Shown here in pieces: positions 51,552-60,906 of a stretch of 64,000 nt of DNA. The notes beneath the pieces were generated by a model. It saw only the letters and a program-made list of their open reading frames with translations. It was not told the origin of the DNA and did not search any database. Every line of letters starts with the position of its first letter. The first letter of the stretch is position 1. Position numbers and translations under genes: made by a program. This DNA is from an uncultured delta proteobacterium (lineage in GTDB: Bacteria > Desulfobacterota > Binatia > UBA9968), in assembly GCA_963728565.1 (NCBI GenBank), contig CAVSLC010000023.1, forward strand, positions 32,001 to 96,000. Reading direction: 5' to 3'.

Positions 51552-53547
51552 ATGCTTACGTCGCTCGAAAAAATACTTTTCTTTCTGTTGTTGGCGGCAT
51601 CGTTCTACTACGGCGGGCGGAGATTTTACGACGTTTATCGAAGCATCGCTCGAGGCAAGCCGGATGGCCGCTTCGATCAGCTACCTAGGCGGGTCATCAA
51701 TGCTGTGGTGAATGTTGTTCTTCAGCGATCGGTCTTTCGGACGCGGCCGCTGGTTTCTTTCTTTCACGCTCTGGTTTTCTACGGATTCGTTTTTTATTTT
51801 TTAGTCAATTTAGTCGATGTGCTCGAGGGTTATGTAGCCTTGCACTCCCGGGGCGGTCTGTGGAACGCATTTAATCTGACCGCCGATATCCTAACCGCAG
51901 CTGTATTGATCGGCATTATTAGTTTGGTGATCCGGCGTTTCTTTGTCCGCCCTAAGGATTTCGACTTTCCCGCGAACGTGCCGGTCCGAGAGGGAGTACG
52001 CAAAGGCATTCGCCGCGATTCGGCGATTGTTTCGGCTTTTATACTTTTTCATGTGGGCAGCCGGCTGATGTACAAGGCCTCCCAGCTTGCCCTCGAAGGC
52101 GTGGACCCCTGGCAACCCGTGAGCACGGCATTTGCGGCGCTATTTTCCGGGATGACTCCAGGCGCGCTCGAGATTTTCCATCATTTCTTTTGGTGGGGCG
52201 CTTTAGGGTCGATCCTGGTTTTCATTCCGTACTTCCCGCGCACCAAACACATCCATTTATTCATGGCGCCGATCAATTTAGCGCTACAGAAAAAGAATCC
52301 GGGTGTGCTGCAGCCCATGGATTTTGAGAATGAGGAAGTGTTCGGCGCATCCAAATTGGAGGAGTTCGCGTGGCCGCGCCTGATGGATGCGTACAGCTGC
52401 ATCATGTGTAACCGCTGTCAGGATGTCTGTCCCGCGACCAACACCGGCAAGGCACTTAGCCCGGCAGCGATATTGATCAACGAACGATTCGAGCTAAACG
52501 ATCTTTTCCCGAAGTTTGCTGCGGGGGCGGAGAGCCCGCGCCCTTTACTCGATTTCGCTCTCAATGAAGAGGCTGCCTGGGCTTGCACCACCTGCAACGC
52601 TTGTATCGAGGTTTGTCCGGTGGGCAATGAGCAGATGCTGCACATTATCGATGTGAGGCGTGAACGCGTGTTGAGCGCCGCCGAATTTCCCAACGGCCTT
52701 AAAAACACATTCAATCAGATGGAAAAGGCAGGAAACCCATGGGGGATCGCCGCGGAGGAGCGGCTGGTCTGGGCGAAGGACTTGCCCTTCCCGGTGCCGA
52801 CGGTTGACCAGAATCCCGATCCTGAGGTGCTTTATTGGGTTGGCTGCGCGGTCTCGTTCGATCCTCGCGCACAGAAGATCGCGCGCAATATGGCGGAAAT
52901 TCTCCATTCGGCCGGTTTAAATTGGGCAGTACTAGGCAAGACTGAAAAGTGCACGGGCGATACCGCTCGCCGTACGGGCAACGAATATCTGTTTGCCCAG
53001 ATGGCCGACGAGAACGTCGCGGCGTTAAATGCTATCAAAGCGCAAAGTCATCGTCACGACTTGTCCACACTGCTTTCACACAATTGGCAATGAATACCCG
53101 CAGTTTGGCGGCAACTACGTAGTAAGACATCACACTGAATTCATTAGCGAGTTGATCCGTGATGGCAAGCTCAAGATTGAGCCAAATTCTGCTGCCGCGG
53201 TAACTTATCACGACCCTTGCTATCTTGGGCGTCACAATGGAATCTTCGAGCAGCCTCGTTCGCTGATCGAGATGACAGGCGCCAATCTCATTGAGCCTGA
53301 ACGGACTCGTAACAATAGTTTTTGTTGCGGCGCCGGTGGTGGACAGTTCTGGAAGGATGAGGAGAGAGGCAAAGAGCGGGTGAGTACCAATCGGTTTCGT
53401 GAGCTCAAGCAAACCGGCGCGCAAACTGTCGCGACCGGTTGTCCATTTTGTCTGCGAATGCTTACCGAGGAGACAGCTAAAGAAGACGGTAGCGGGCCGG
53501 AGGTGTTCGATATTGCAGAACTGGTCACAAAAAGAATTCGTAAATAG
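51552..53547 (+). CDS. Membrane Fe-S oxidoreductase, FadF/HdrD-like (+1 frameshift at about 53040)
   Basis: N-terminal TMs, two CxxCxxCxxxCP motifs and CCG domains (YWVGC, TTCPHC, YHDPCYLGRH, CCGAGGG, CPFC). Confidence 0.9.
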
Positions 53548-53578
53548 AGGACGGTCCTGGATTAAGTATGCTGGAGCT

Positions 53579-54017
53579 TTGGTATTGAGCTCGGTATTTT
53601 CAATAATTCCAATCGCTTGCAAGGGACAACCCAGAGTGACCATTGAAACCACCAAAGGTGAGGTTAGCTTTCAGGTTGAGATCGCCGCCACGCCTGAAAA
53701 GCGCGAGGTTGGCCTGATGTATCGGCGCGAGCTACCGCCCAATCACGGAATGTTGTTTATTTTTCCAAGCGAGAAAATCAATTCGTTCTGGATGAAGAAC
53801 ACGCCGATTCCTCTCGACATGATTTTCATTAGCCACGATCGCAAAATCGTCGGCATCGTCCATGAAACCGTGCCGTTTTCCTTAGATGGCCGTTCGGTAT
53901 CGGTTCCGAGTCAGTATGTACTCGAAATTAACGGCGGACTTTCACGCCGATACGGTTTCAAAGCCGGGGACGCGGTCAGGTTTGATGATGTCGCCGCGGA
54001 GAGCGGTGAGGGAATAG
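53579..54017 (+). CDS. DUF192-family lipoprotein (start uncertain; probable +1 frameshift near the 3' end)
   Basis: IPIAC lipobox-like motif, GLMYR, GMLFIF, FWMKNTPIPLDMIF, YVLEINGG. Removing one base gives a stop at 54015-54017, where a terminator-like hairpin begins. Confidence 0.8.
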
Positions 54018-54042
54018 AACGGCGCCGAGCCGCGCCGTTCTA
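54015..54042. terminator. Perfect 11-bp hairpin between convergent genes
   Basis: TAGAACGGCGC pairs with GCGCCGTTCTA. Confidence 0.65.
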
Positions 54043-54049
54043 TGAAAGG

Positions 54050-55117
54050 TTAGATCTCGTTGAAGAAGTAATCTCGAACCGGGCTCAGCTTCTCCTCGTA
54101 AGAGTCTGGATACAAAAACCACATGGTTGCCGCCAAGCTACTGAATAGCGAATTGCCGTCCTGCGGGGTAAAGCAAGTGCCGATGATTTCGCGGTCTCCT
54201 CTCATCGCCAGGCTTTGTGTGACGATCACGGTTTGATTCAAAATACGGCCGAAGAGCCCGTGATCCCTGCCGAAGGAGAAGACCGAAGCGGATGATTTTT
54301 TGTTGGTCATCGCGACCCTGCCGTTGGACTGCAGTCGCCGCATCAATTGATCTTTGTCAATGCCGCGCCGTAACTTAAGGTCGAAATGAATTGTGTGCAT
54401 ATACTGGGTGTTTAGCTTGAGAGCCGAGGAGTAGATATTCAGGTCCATGCCCAGTGTCTTGAACAGATAATGCGCGTCTCGGCCTTGATGAGTCCCGAAC
54501 TCGGTATCATCGTGCTTGCCTGCTTCTGGCGCCGGGATGAAATCCCCTTCCTGACTGATGTCGTTAGCGCGGCGCATGCAGACAAACCGGCTTTCTTCCA
54601 AATTGTCTTCCTTTTCCGGGCCCAAGGCGATGGTGTCGATGAGCACGGCCAAATTGTGAGTATTGCAGCTCACGACCTGGATGAACTGGTCTTCACCCTT
54701 GATCAAAGCCTTGTCGTTGATGCCCCGCGCATACATCTTGCCGAATCCGTACTCACTGCCTTGAGCGATGAACCCGCGGCCGTTATTAGCGTACTTGTTG
54801 TAGAGCTTCTCTTTGTTATCGTTACCGACCGGTGTGCAGTCGATAATTACGCTTGCGCGCTCGATGGCTTCCTCAGCTTCATAGGTCGGGGTCATACCCA
54901 TTTCGGTGAATTTTTGCCGCCGCTCTTTATCGACGCAAAGTTGCGCGCCGCGTTTGCATAGGACCATGACCTTTGAACGGTCGGTGAGAAGCGGTGTCCG
55001 TTTATGAAAAGTCACCTCATCGATGCCGAACTGTTCCTTGAAGGTGCAGAGAATCCCGATGAGGGGCTCGCCAATAGTTCCGGTGCCGACCACATGAATG
55101 ATTTTTCTTTGTGCCAT
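54050..55117 (-). CDS. Divergent type II (archaeal-like) GAPDH-family oxidoreductase
   Basis: GTGTIG, IDCTP, AQGSE, VVSCNT catalytic Cys, RRAND, THQGRDA, MHTIH. Confidence 0.7.
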   Translation of the reverse strand: MAQRKIIHVVGTGTIGEPLIGILCTFKEQFGIDEVTFHKRTPLLTDRSKVMVLCKRGAQLCVDKERRQKFTEMGMTPTYEAEEAIERASVIIDCTPVGNDNKEKLYNKYANNGRGFIAQGSEYGFGKMYARGINDKALIKGEDQFIQVVSCNTHNLAVLIDTIALGPEKEDNLEESRFVCMRRANDISQEGDFIPAPEAGKHDDTEFGTHQGRDAHYLFKTLGMDLNIYSSALKLNTQYMHTIHFDLKLRRGIDKDQLMRRLQSNGRVAMTNKKSSASVFSFGRDHGLFGRILNQTVIVTQSLAMRGDREIIGTCFTPQDGNSLFSSLAATMWFLYPDSYEEKLSPVRDYFFNEI

Positions 55118-55282
55118 TGTCCTCACCTAGGTTTTGATGCAGCGGATTCTAACCCATACGATTCGAACGATCAACCGAGTGTTTTAGGCCATGTTTCGGT
55201 AGAGCAGGTCAATCCAATGCCGTAAGCGAACGTCTTTAAAGCAAGGGTTTGAGGTGGTACAAATCGTCAAGGGAGAATTGAT

Positions 55283-56734
55283 ATGGCAAATGAAATGGTT
55301 CCCGCGAAATCTTTTTTCGGCCAAAATTTTGGCATCGATTCTAAAGATCTGGACAAGGTTCTGGCGACTGCGCTGGCAAAAAAAGCCGACTATGCCGATC
55401 TTTATTTTGAATACCGCAAGAACGAAGGGATCAGCCTGGAGGAGGGATTGGTTAAAAATTGTTCTCAATCGTCTTCCAATGGGGTCGGCGTTAGGGTGCT
55501 GGCTGAGGCTAAGACAGGTTATGCCTTTACCGATGATATTACGATTGAAAAACTTGAAGTAGCGGCGCGCACGGCGCAGTACATCGCGCAAAACCCATCA
55601 TCTCAGGTTCCGGCCCCGATCAACCAGCCTCAGGTCCAGGCTCATGATCTTTACCCCATCAAGACCTCTGTGACTGCTATTCCTCTCGACACAAAAATTT
55701 CCTTGCTGTACGAGATCGACAAGTTCGCCCGTAGCTTGGATTCGCGCGTGAAGAACGTCTTTGTGTCGTTGGGAAGCGAGGACAAAGTCATGCTGGTGGC
55801 TTCATCGCAAGGAGCGGTGATAGGAGACGTTCAGCCACTCACGCGGCTAAACGTGACGGTTATTGTCGAAGAAAATGGCAATCGACAAGTGGGCAGCTTC
55901 GGTGGCGGCGGCCGTGTCGAATATGATTTCTTTGTCGGCAACCGTGAGTACGAGCGCTATGCGCGGGAAGCGGTTCGGCAAGCAGTCCTCAATCTTGGCG
56001 CGCGAAGTGCGCCGGCGGGTACGATGGACGTGGTATTGGGGCCGGGGTGGCCGGGCATCTTGTTACACGAAGCGATTGGCCACGGCTTGGAGGGAGACTT
56101 CAATCGCAAGAAGACCTCGGCCTTCAGTGATCGAATCGGTCAAAGAGTAGCCTCCGAGTTATGCACCGTGGTTGACGATGGCACGATACCGTCGCGCCGC
56201 GGATCGATCAATGTCGATGATGAGGGCACGCCCACCAGTCGAACTGTTTTGATTGAGAACGGTATTCTCAAAGGCTATCTGCAGGATAGACTCAACGCCG
56301 GACTGATGAAAATGCCTTTGACCGGCAATGGACGCCGCGAGAGCTATGCCCATATTCCCATGCCGCGCATGACCAATACCTTTATGCTGGCTGGGAAAGA
56401 TGCTCCCGAGGACATCATCCGGTCAGTGAAGAAAGGGCTGTATGCGGTTTCGTTCGGCGGCGGCCAAGTCGATATCACCAATGGCAAATTTGTTTTCTCC
56501 ACCAGCGAGGCTTATTTGATCGAAGACGGCAAAGTGACCGAGCCGGTGAAAGGCGCGACTCTGATCGGTAATGGCCCCGATGTGCTAACCCGAGTATCAA
56601 TGGTCGGGACCGACCTGAAGTTGGATGAAGGCGTCGGCACTTGCGGCAAGGACGGACAATCGGTGCCGGTGGGTGTGGGGCTGCCGACCATCAAGATCGA
56701 TGGTTTAACCGTCGGTGGTACCGCGACCCAGTGA
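55283..56734 (+). CDS. tldD: Metalloprotease TldD
   Basis: LHEAIGHGLEGD, GNGRRESYAHIPMPRMTNT, CGKDGQSVPV. Confidence 0.95.
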   Translation: MANEMVPAKSFFGQNFGIDSKDLDKVLATALAKKADYADLYFEYRKNEGISLEEGLVKNCSQSSSNGVGVRVLAEAKTGYAFTDDITIEKLEVAARTAQYIAQNPSSQVPAPINQPQVQAHDLYPIKTSVTAIPLDTKISLLYEIDKFARSLDSRVKNVFVSLGSEDKVMLVASSQGAVIGDVQPLTRLNVTVIVEENGNRQVGSFGGGGRVEYDFFVGNREYERYAREAVRQAVLNLGARSAPAGTMDVVLGPGWPGILLHEAIGHGLEGDFNRKKTSAFSDRIGQRVASELCTVVDDGTIPSRRGSINVDDEGTPTSRTVLIENGILKGYLQDRLNAGLMKMPLTGNGRRESYAHIPMPRMTNTFMLAGKDAPEDIIRSVKKGLYAVSFGGGQVDITNGKFVFSTSEAYLIEDGKVTEPVKGATLIGNGPDVLTRVSMVGTDLKLDEGVGTCGKDGQSVPVGVGLPTIKIDGLTVGGTATQ

Positions 56735-56773
56735 TCGGCCCGGAATAGTTCAGGCAGTCAGCGGGAAGGAATC

Positions 56774-58129
56774 ATGGAACGACTCGATCTCAGTCAGGAA
56801 TTGGCGCGCGCGGTTCTCGACACGGCCAAAGCTAAAGGAGCGACTCAGGGCGACATCGTCATGGTGGAGGGAGACTCTTTCTTTGTCACCGTTCGTCTTG
56901 GCGAAGTCGAGAAAATTAGCCAGGCTCAAGAAAAGCGGTTGGGTTTGCGGTTGTTTTACGGCAGTAGCTCCGCCTCCGCCTCAACTTCGGATATCTCGAG
57001 ACAAGCCATCGACAAACTTGTTGAGGATACCATCAATATGGCCCGGTTTACCGCTCAAGATCCCTTCAGCGGCTTGCCCGACGCTTCATTGTTGGCTCGA
57101 GATATTCCCGACATGGATCTCTTCGATGATGCGGCGGGTTCAGTTTCTGTCGATGACAAAATCGCCATCGCGCTGGCGGCCGAGAAGGTGGCGATGGAAT
57201 TCGATCCTCGCATTACCAACTCTGAAGGGGCGGAATTCTCCAATCAATCCGGTCGGGTTATCTACGCCAGCAGTCACGGATTCTGCGGTGAGTATCAAGG
57301 ATCGAATTTTGGTCATTCGGTCGCTCCGGTGGCATCGCAAAATGGTTCGATGCAGAGAGACTATTGGTATTCGTCCAATCGAAAATTTGCCCGATTAGAT
57401 TCGGCGGAGAGCGTCGGCAAAAAAGCCGCCCAACGGGTATTGCGCCGTCTCGGCGCTCGCAAGATTAAAACTTGCGAGGTGCCGATTGTTTTCGATCCCG
57501 ATATGGCGGCGTCGCTGTTGCGAAATCTGTCCTCGGCGTTGTCGGGATACTCTCTGTATAAAGGCGCATCCTTTCTAAACGGCCAGCTCGGGAACAAGAT
57601 CGCGTCGGATCTAACCACGGTTTGGGATGATGGAACCATTCCCGGAGCGCTCGGCTCGAAACCATTTGACTCCGAAGGCTTGCCGATTACGAGAAAGGCT
57701 GTAGTTGAGAATGGGTTCTTACGCAGCTATCTGCTCGACACTTACAGCGGCAAAAAGTTGAACATGGCTTCGACCGGAAATGCTTCCCGCTCGATAGGTG
57801 AACCGCCGGGTGTAGCACCCACCAACTTTTATCTTGCTTCCGGCAAGCACGCGCCTGACGAGATTATCGGCTCTGTCAAACAGGGCCTCTATTTGACCGA
57901 AACCATCGGCTTCGGTGTTAATCTCGTAACCGGCGATTACTCGCGCGGCGCTGCCGGCATCTGGATCGAAAACGGCGAGCTGGCGTATCCCGTCGAAGAG
58001 GTGACCATCGCGGGGAATCTCAAAGAGATGTTTCAAAATATCGAGATGATCGGCAACGATCTCGAGATGAGAGGCCGCATCGCCGCGCCTACGATTAAAA
58101 TTTCTAAGATGACTGTGGCCGGAGAGTAA
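56774..58129 (+). CDS. pmbA: TldE/PmbA protein
   Basis: MQRDYW, PFDSEG, STGNA, NLVTGDYSRGAAG; no HExxxH motif; follows tldD. Confidence 0.93.
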   Translation: MERLDLSQELARAVLDTAKAKGATQGDIVMVEGDSFFVTVRLGEVEKISQAQEKRLGLRLFYGSSSASASTSDISRQAIDKLVEDTINMARFTAQDPFSGLPDASLLARDIPDMDLFDDAAGSVSVDDKIAIALAAEKVAMEFDPRITNSEGAEFSNQSGRVIYASSHGFCGEYQGSNFGHSVAPVASQNGSMQRDYWYSSNRKFARLDSAESVGKKAAQRVLRRLGARKIKTCEVPIVFDPDMAASLLRNLSSALSGYSLYKGASFLNGQLGNKIASDLTTVWDDGTIPGALGSKPFDSEGLPITRKAVVENGFLRSYLLDTYSGKKLNMASTGNASRSIGEPPGVAPTNFYLASGKHAPDEIIGSVKQGLYLTETIGFGVNLVTGDYSRGAAGIWIENGELAYPVEEVTIAGNLKEMFQNIEMIGNDLEMRGRIAAPTIKISKMTVAGE

Positions 58130-58134
58130 GTACC

Positions 58135-58163
58135 GTTCAACGGTTCAACATTCAAACGTTCAA
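58135..58163 (+). repeat. GTTCAA array (4 units, 7-8 bp spacing)
   Basis: GTTCAA or ATTCAA at 58135, 58143, 58150 and 58158; an inverted TTGAAC lies at 58261. Confidence 0.7.
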
Positions 58164-58200
58164 TCCGTACGCTGTCGCTCCGGAATGATTTAAAGTAAAC

Positions 58201-58233
58201 AGGCTCGGGACGGACACTGCGGGTCCCGAGCCT
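58201..58233. terminator. Perfect 11-bp hairpin between convergent pmbA and HMA genes
   Basis: AGGCTCGGGAC pairs with GTCCCGAGCCT. Confidence 0.65.
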
Positions 58234-58271
58234 CGCAGCTTAGCCTAGAACGCGAAACGGTTGAACGGCTG

Positions 58272-58481
58272 TTAGCTTACTTTAAATCCCGCCTTCAAGA
58301 CTGCGCGCAGAAAATCGTCAAGGTGAGACTGTTTGGGATCGAAGTCAATCACCGCGACCTTGCGCTCCAGGCTGAAATCTAAACTCTGAACTCCAGGCAA
58401 TGTGCCGAGTGCTTGGCGCAGCGCCGGCAAATTATCCGAATTTAAATCGTCGATAGAGATGATCGCTGTCTTTGTTTCCAT
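58272..58481 (-). CDS. HMA/CopZ-fold protein lacking CxxC
   Basis: 69 aa with an HMA pattern (ALGTLPGV...AVIDFDP...AVLKAGFKV); the metal loop reads LNSDNL. Confidence 0.7.
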   Translation of the reverse strand: METKTAIISIDDLNSDNLPALRQALGTLPGVQSLDFSLERKVAVIDFDPKQSHLDDFLRAVLKAGFKVS

Positions 58482-58698
58482 GTGCCCCACTTTAGGGTGT
58501 AGCTTGACAAAAGTTACTTCGTTACACAATTCAAGTCGCGCTATGCGTGCACACTCTAATTCTCATCTACGATTTTCTACAGCCGTAGGAAATTTTCTTG
58601 ACGTCGGGCGCGGTGGTATGAGATTAGTCGTCGTTAGCCGTTTCAGCGAGTGACATCTTCCTAGAATCTGTATCTAATGGGAGGAGGAAAAAACTACC

Positions 58699-59136
58699 AT
58701 GGCTTACGATGTCGAGAAGCTTTTGAGCATGTCGCAAGCGGACCTCGACGACCTTTTCGGCAAATGCGCCGTGGGCGAGATTCCAAACGGCGAAGCGGAT
58801 GGAACCGCGATCGTTGCGCCCGGCACAAAGTTCAGTTCGAACATTGCCAAGTTCATCAGTAACTTTGCCTGGCAAGGTAAAGTTTTCGATGCCGGCAAGG
58901 GAGTTCTGAAAAACCGAATTCTTCCTTTTGGTCTCAATGCCATTATCGCCAAAGTTTACAAAGGACCTAGTTGGCTCGACGGCAAAGACTGTATTGTTTT
59001 GGATTACTCCGAAACCTCCATTATCGCTCAGTGGATACGTGATGAGATCCGCCAAATTGAACCCGGCCTCTACTTGGGGAAGGTCTATTGGGAGAAAAAG
59101 CGATTGATTGATTTTGCCCTGAAGTTTAACTCCTAG
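58699..59136 (+). CDS. Conserved hypothetical protein (WQGKVF / SWLDG / LDYS / IRDEIR motifs), probably beta-barrel
   Basis: GGAGGAGG RBS; no signal peptide; aromatic beta-strand pattern. Confidence 0.85.
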   Translation: MAYDVEKLLSMSQADLDDLFGKCAVGEIPNGEADGTAIVAPGTKFSSNIAKFISNFAWQGKVFDAGKGVLKNRILPFGLNAIIAKVYKGPSWLDGKDCIVLDYSETSIIAQWIRDEIRQIEPGLYLGKVYWEKKRLIDFALKFNS

Positions 59137-59349
59137 TCAGATAAAGCGATGCTGTGAACCTGACACCGCGGTTTGGGGCGATCCTGCCGCGGGGGCCACC
59201 ACGATCGAAGCCATAATCTCCACGAACAACTCCAGCTATTTCGATCTCGAGCCAATCTTCAATCGATTCACGTCAAACGACGGCAATAACTTTTTGATGA
59301 TCGTGACAACGCCAGTGCAGCGAGTAACCATTGCGGGGGGAGAACGTCT

Positions 59350-60870
59350 ATGGCGCAGCCTGAACTAGCGTCGCCGGGCGAACGTATTCTGAAGCGCATC
59401 GGTTGGATCACTGTTGTGGTGCTGCTGCTGGGTATGGTGGGGGGGGCGTTGTTGCTGGGACGTTTCGGCGCCGACACTCCGGTGGTTTACAAAGACGATC
59501 TCGAGCATTTCAAGTATGGCTCCCTCGGCAGCGAGCACGAGTTTGGCGTGCCGTATTGGATTTGGCGCGCGTTACCTGAGCTGTTCGAAGACAAGTTGCC
59601 GCAGCCCGGCCGTGGCTGGCAGTCGGTCGGCTTTGTTTTCGAGAAGGGGAAAAGTCTTCCGGTCGGCATGTCCCAGCGCCGCTATCTCGGCTTTGACGTA
59701 GTGTGGCTCAACTGTGCCTTTTGCCATGCCGGAACCGTGCGCGAAAGCGCCGAAAGCGAGCCCAAGGTTTATTCGGCAATGCCGGCCAATACTTTTGATT
59801 TTCGCGCCTTCATGAGATTTCTGTTTGCGACCGGAGAGGACAGGAGATTTACGCCAAGGGACATCCTGCGGCAGATTAAGGTCATCCGAGAACGCGAAGG
59901 TCTGAACGATTTACCCTTGATCGATCGACTGGCACTGCGTTTCTACGGCATTTATTTCATGCGCGAACGGATCCTGACCTTGCGCGATCGGCTGGATTTC
60001 ATCAAAGAGCAACCCGAGTGGGGTCCGGGGCGAGTCGACACCTTCAACCCGTTGAAGGCTTATTTTAATTTTCCGCCCGATCGACTGTCGCAGGAGGAAC
60101 GAATTGGCACGACGGATTTTCCGTCCATCTGGAATCAGGGCCAACGCGAAAGTCTCAAAATGAACTTGCATTGGGACGGTAACAACGTGTCGCTGGAGGA
60201 GCGTAACCGCAGCGCCGCGATGGGCACCGGCATCACGCCGCCCACCGGCGACCGGGCCAGCTTGAAACGGGTCGCCGACTGGGTCCGCGATCTCGCCGCG
60301 CCAGCCTATCCGTTCGCGATCAACAATAATCTCGCCGCCCAAGGCGCGCCGATCTACAAAGAGTACTGTGCGAAGTGCCATGGCGCCGATGGCAAGGATT
60401 TCCGCGGCGAAGATGTCGGCAAGGTGGTGCCGATCAAGGATATCGGCACCGACCGCGCACGTCTCGACTCCTACACCTATGAGGTTGCCGTCAATCAAAA
60501 TCTGATTTTCGCCGGATACGCCGAAGAACGCTTCAGGCACTTCCGCAAGACTTTCGGTTACGCCAATAGCCCGCTCGACGGGCTCTGGCTGCGGGCGCCG
60601 TATTTGCACAACGGCTCGGTGCCGACATTGCGCGACTTGCTTGAGCCCAGTGACAAGCGACCAAAAACTTTTTACCGCGGCTACGATGTCTACGACCAGA
60701 AGAAGGTTGGCTTTGTTGGCGATGTCAGCGAAGAGAGAGGCCGGAAATATTTTCTTTACGATACGGCTGAGCCCGGCAATTCCAATCAAGGTCACGAAGG
60801 AAAGCGCTACGGCACCGAGCTGCCGGCCGCAGACAAAGACGCTTTGATCGAGTACCTCAAGACTTTTTAA
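59350..60870 (+). CDS. RoxA-like di-haem cytochrome c (bCcP/MauG superfamily), membrane-anchored
   Basis: N-terminal TM, CAFCH, PSIWN, CAKCH, LWLRAPYLHNGSVPTL, GNSNQGHE. Confidence 0.88.
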   Translation: MAQPELASPGERILKRIGWITVVVLLLGMVGGALLLGRFGADTPVVYKDDLEHFKYGSLGSEHEFGVPYWIWRALPELFEDKLPQPGRGWQSVGFVFEKGKSLPVGMSQRRYLGFDVVWLNCAFCHAGTVRESAESEPKVYSAMPANTFDFRAFMRFLFATGEDRRFTPRDILRQIKVIREREGLNDLPLIDRLALRFYGIYFMRERILTLRDRLDFIKEQPEWGPGRVDTFNPLKAYFNFPPDRLSQEERIGTTDFPSIWNQGQRESLKMNLHWDGNNVSLEERNRSAAMGTGITPPTGDRASLKRVADWVRDLAAPAYPFAINNNLAAQGAPIYKEYCAKCHGADGKDFRGEDVGKVVPIKDIGTDRARLDSYTYEVAVNQNLIFAGYAEERFRHFRKTFGYANSPLDGLWLRAPYLHNGSVPTLRDLLEPSDKRPKTFYRGYDVYDQKKVGFVGDVSEERGRKYFLYDTAEPGNSNQGHEGKRYGTELPAADKDALIEYLKTF

Positions 60871-60906
60871 ATCGCGGGTGCGCTCCTTTACAGCCCTGGA
60901 GGTGCG

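Noticed and set aside
55283-58129. TldDE as the maturation protease of a RiPP cluster with the di-haem enzymes
   Set aside because: No precursor peptide or YcaO/radical SAM gene is visible; tldD-pmbA is a common housekeeping pair and is separated from the cluster by a hairpin and an opposite-strand gene.
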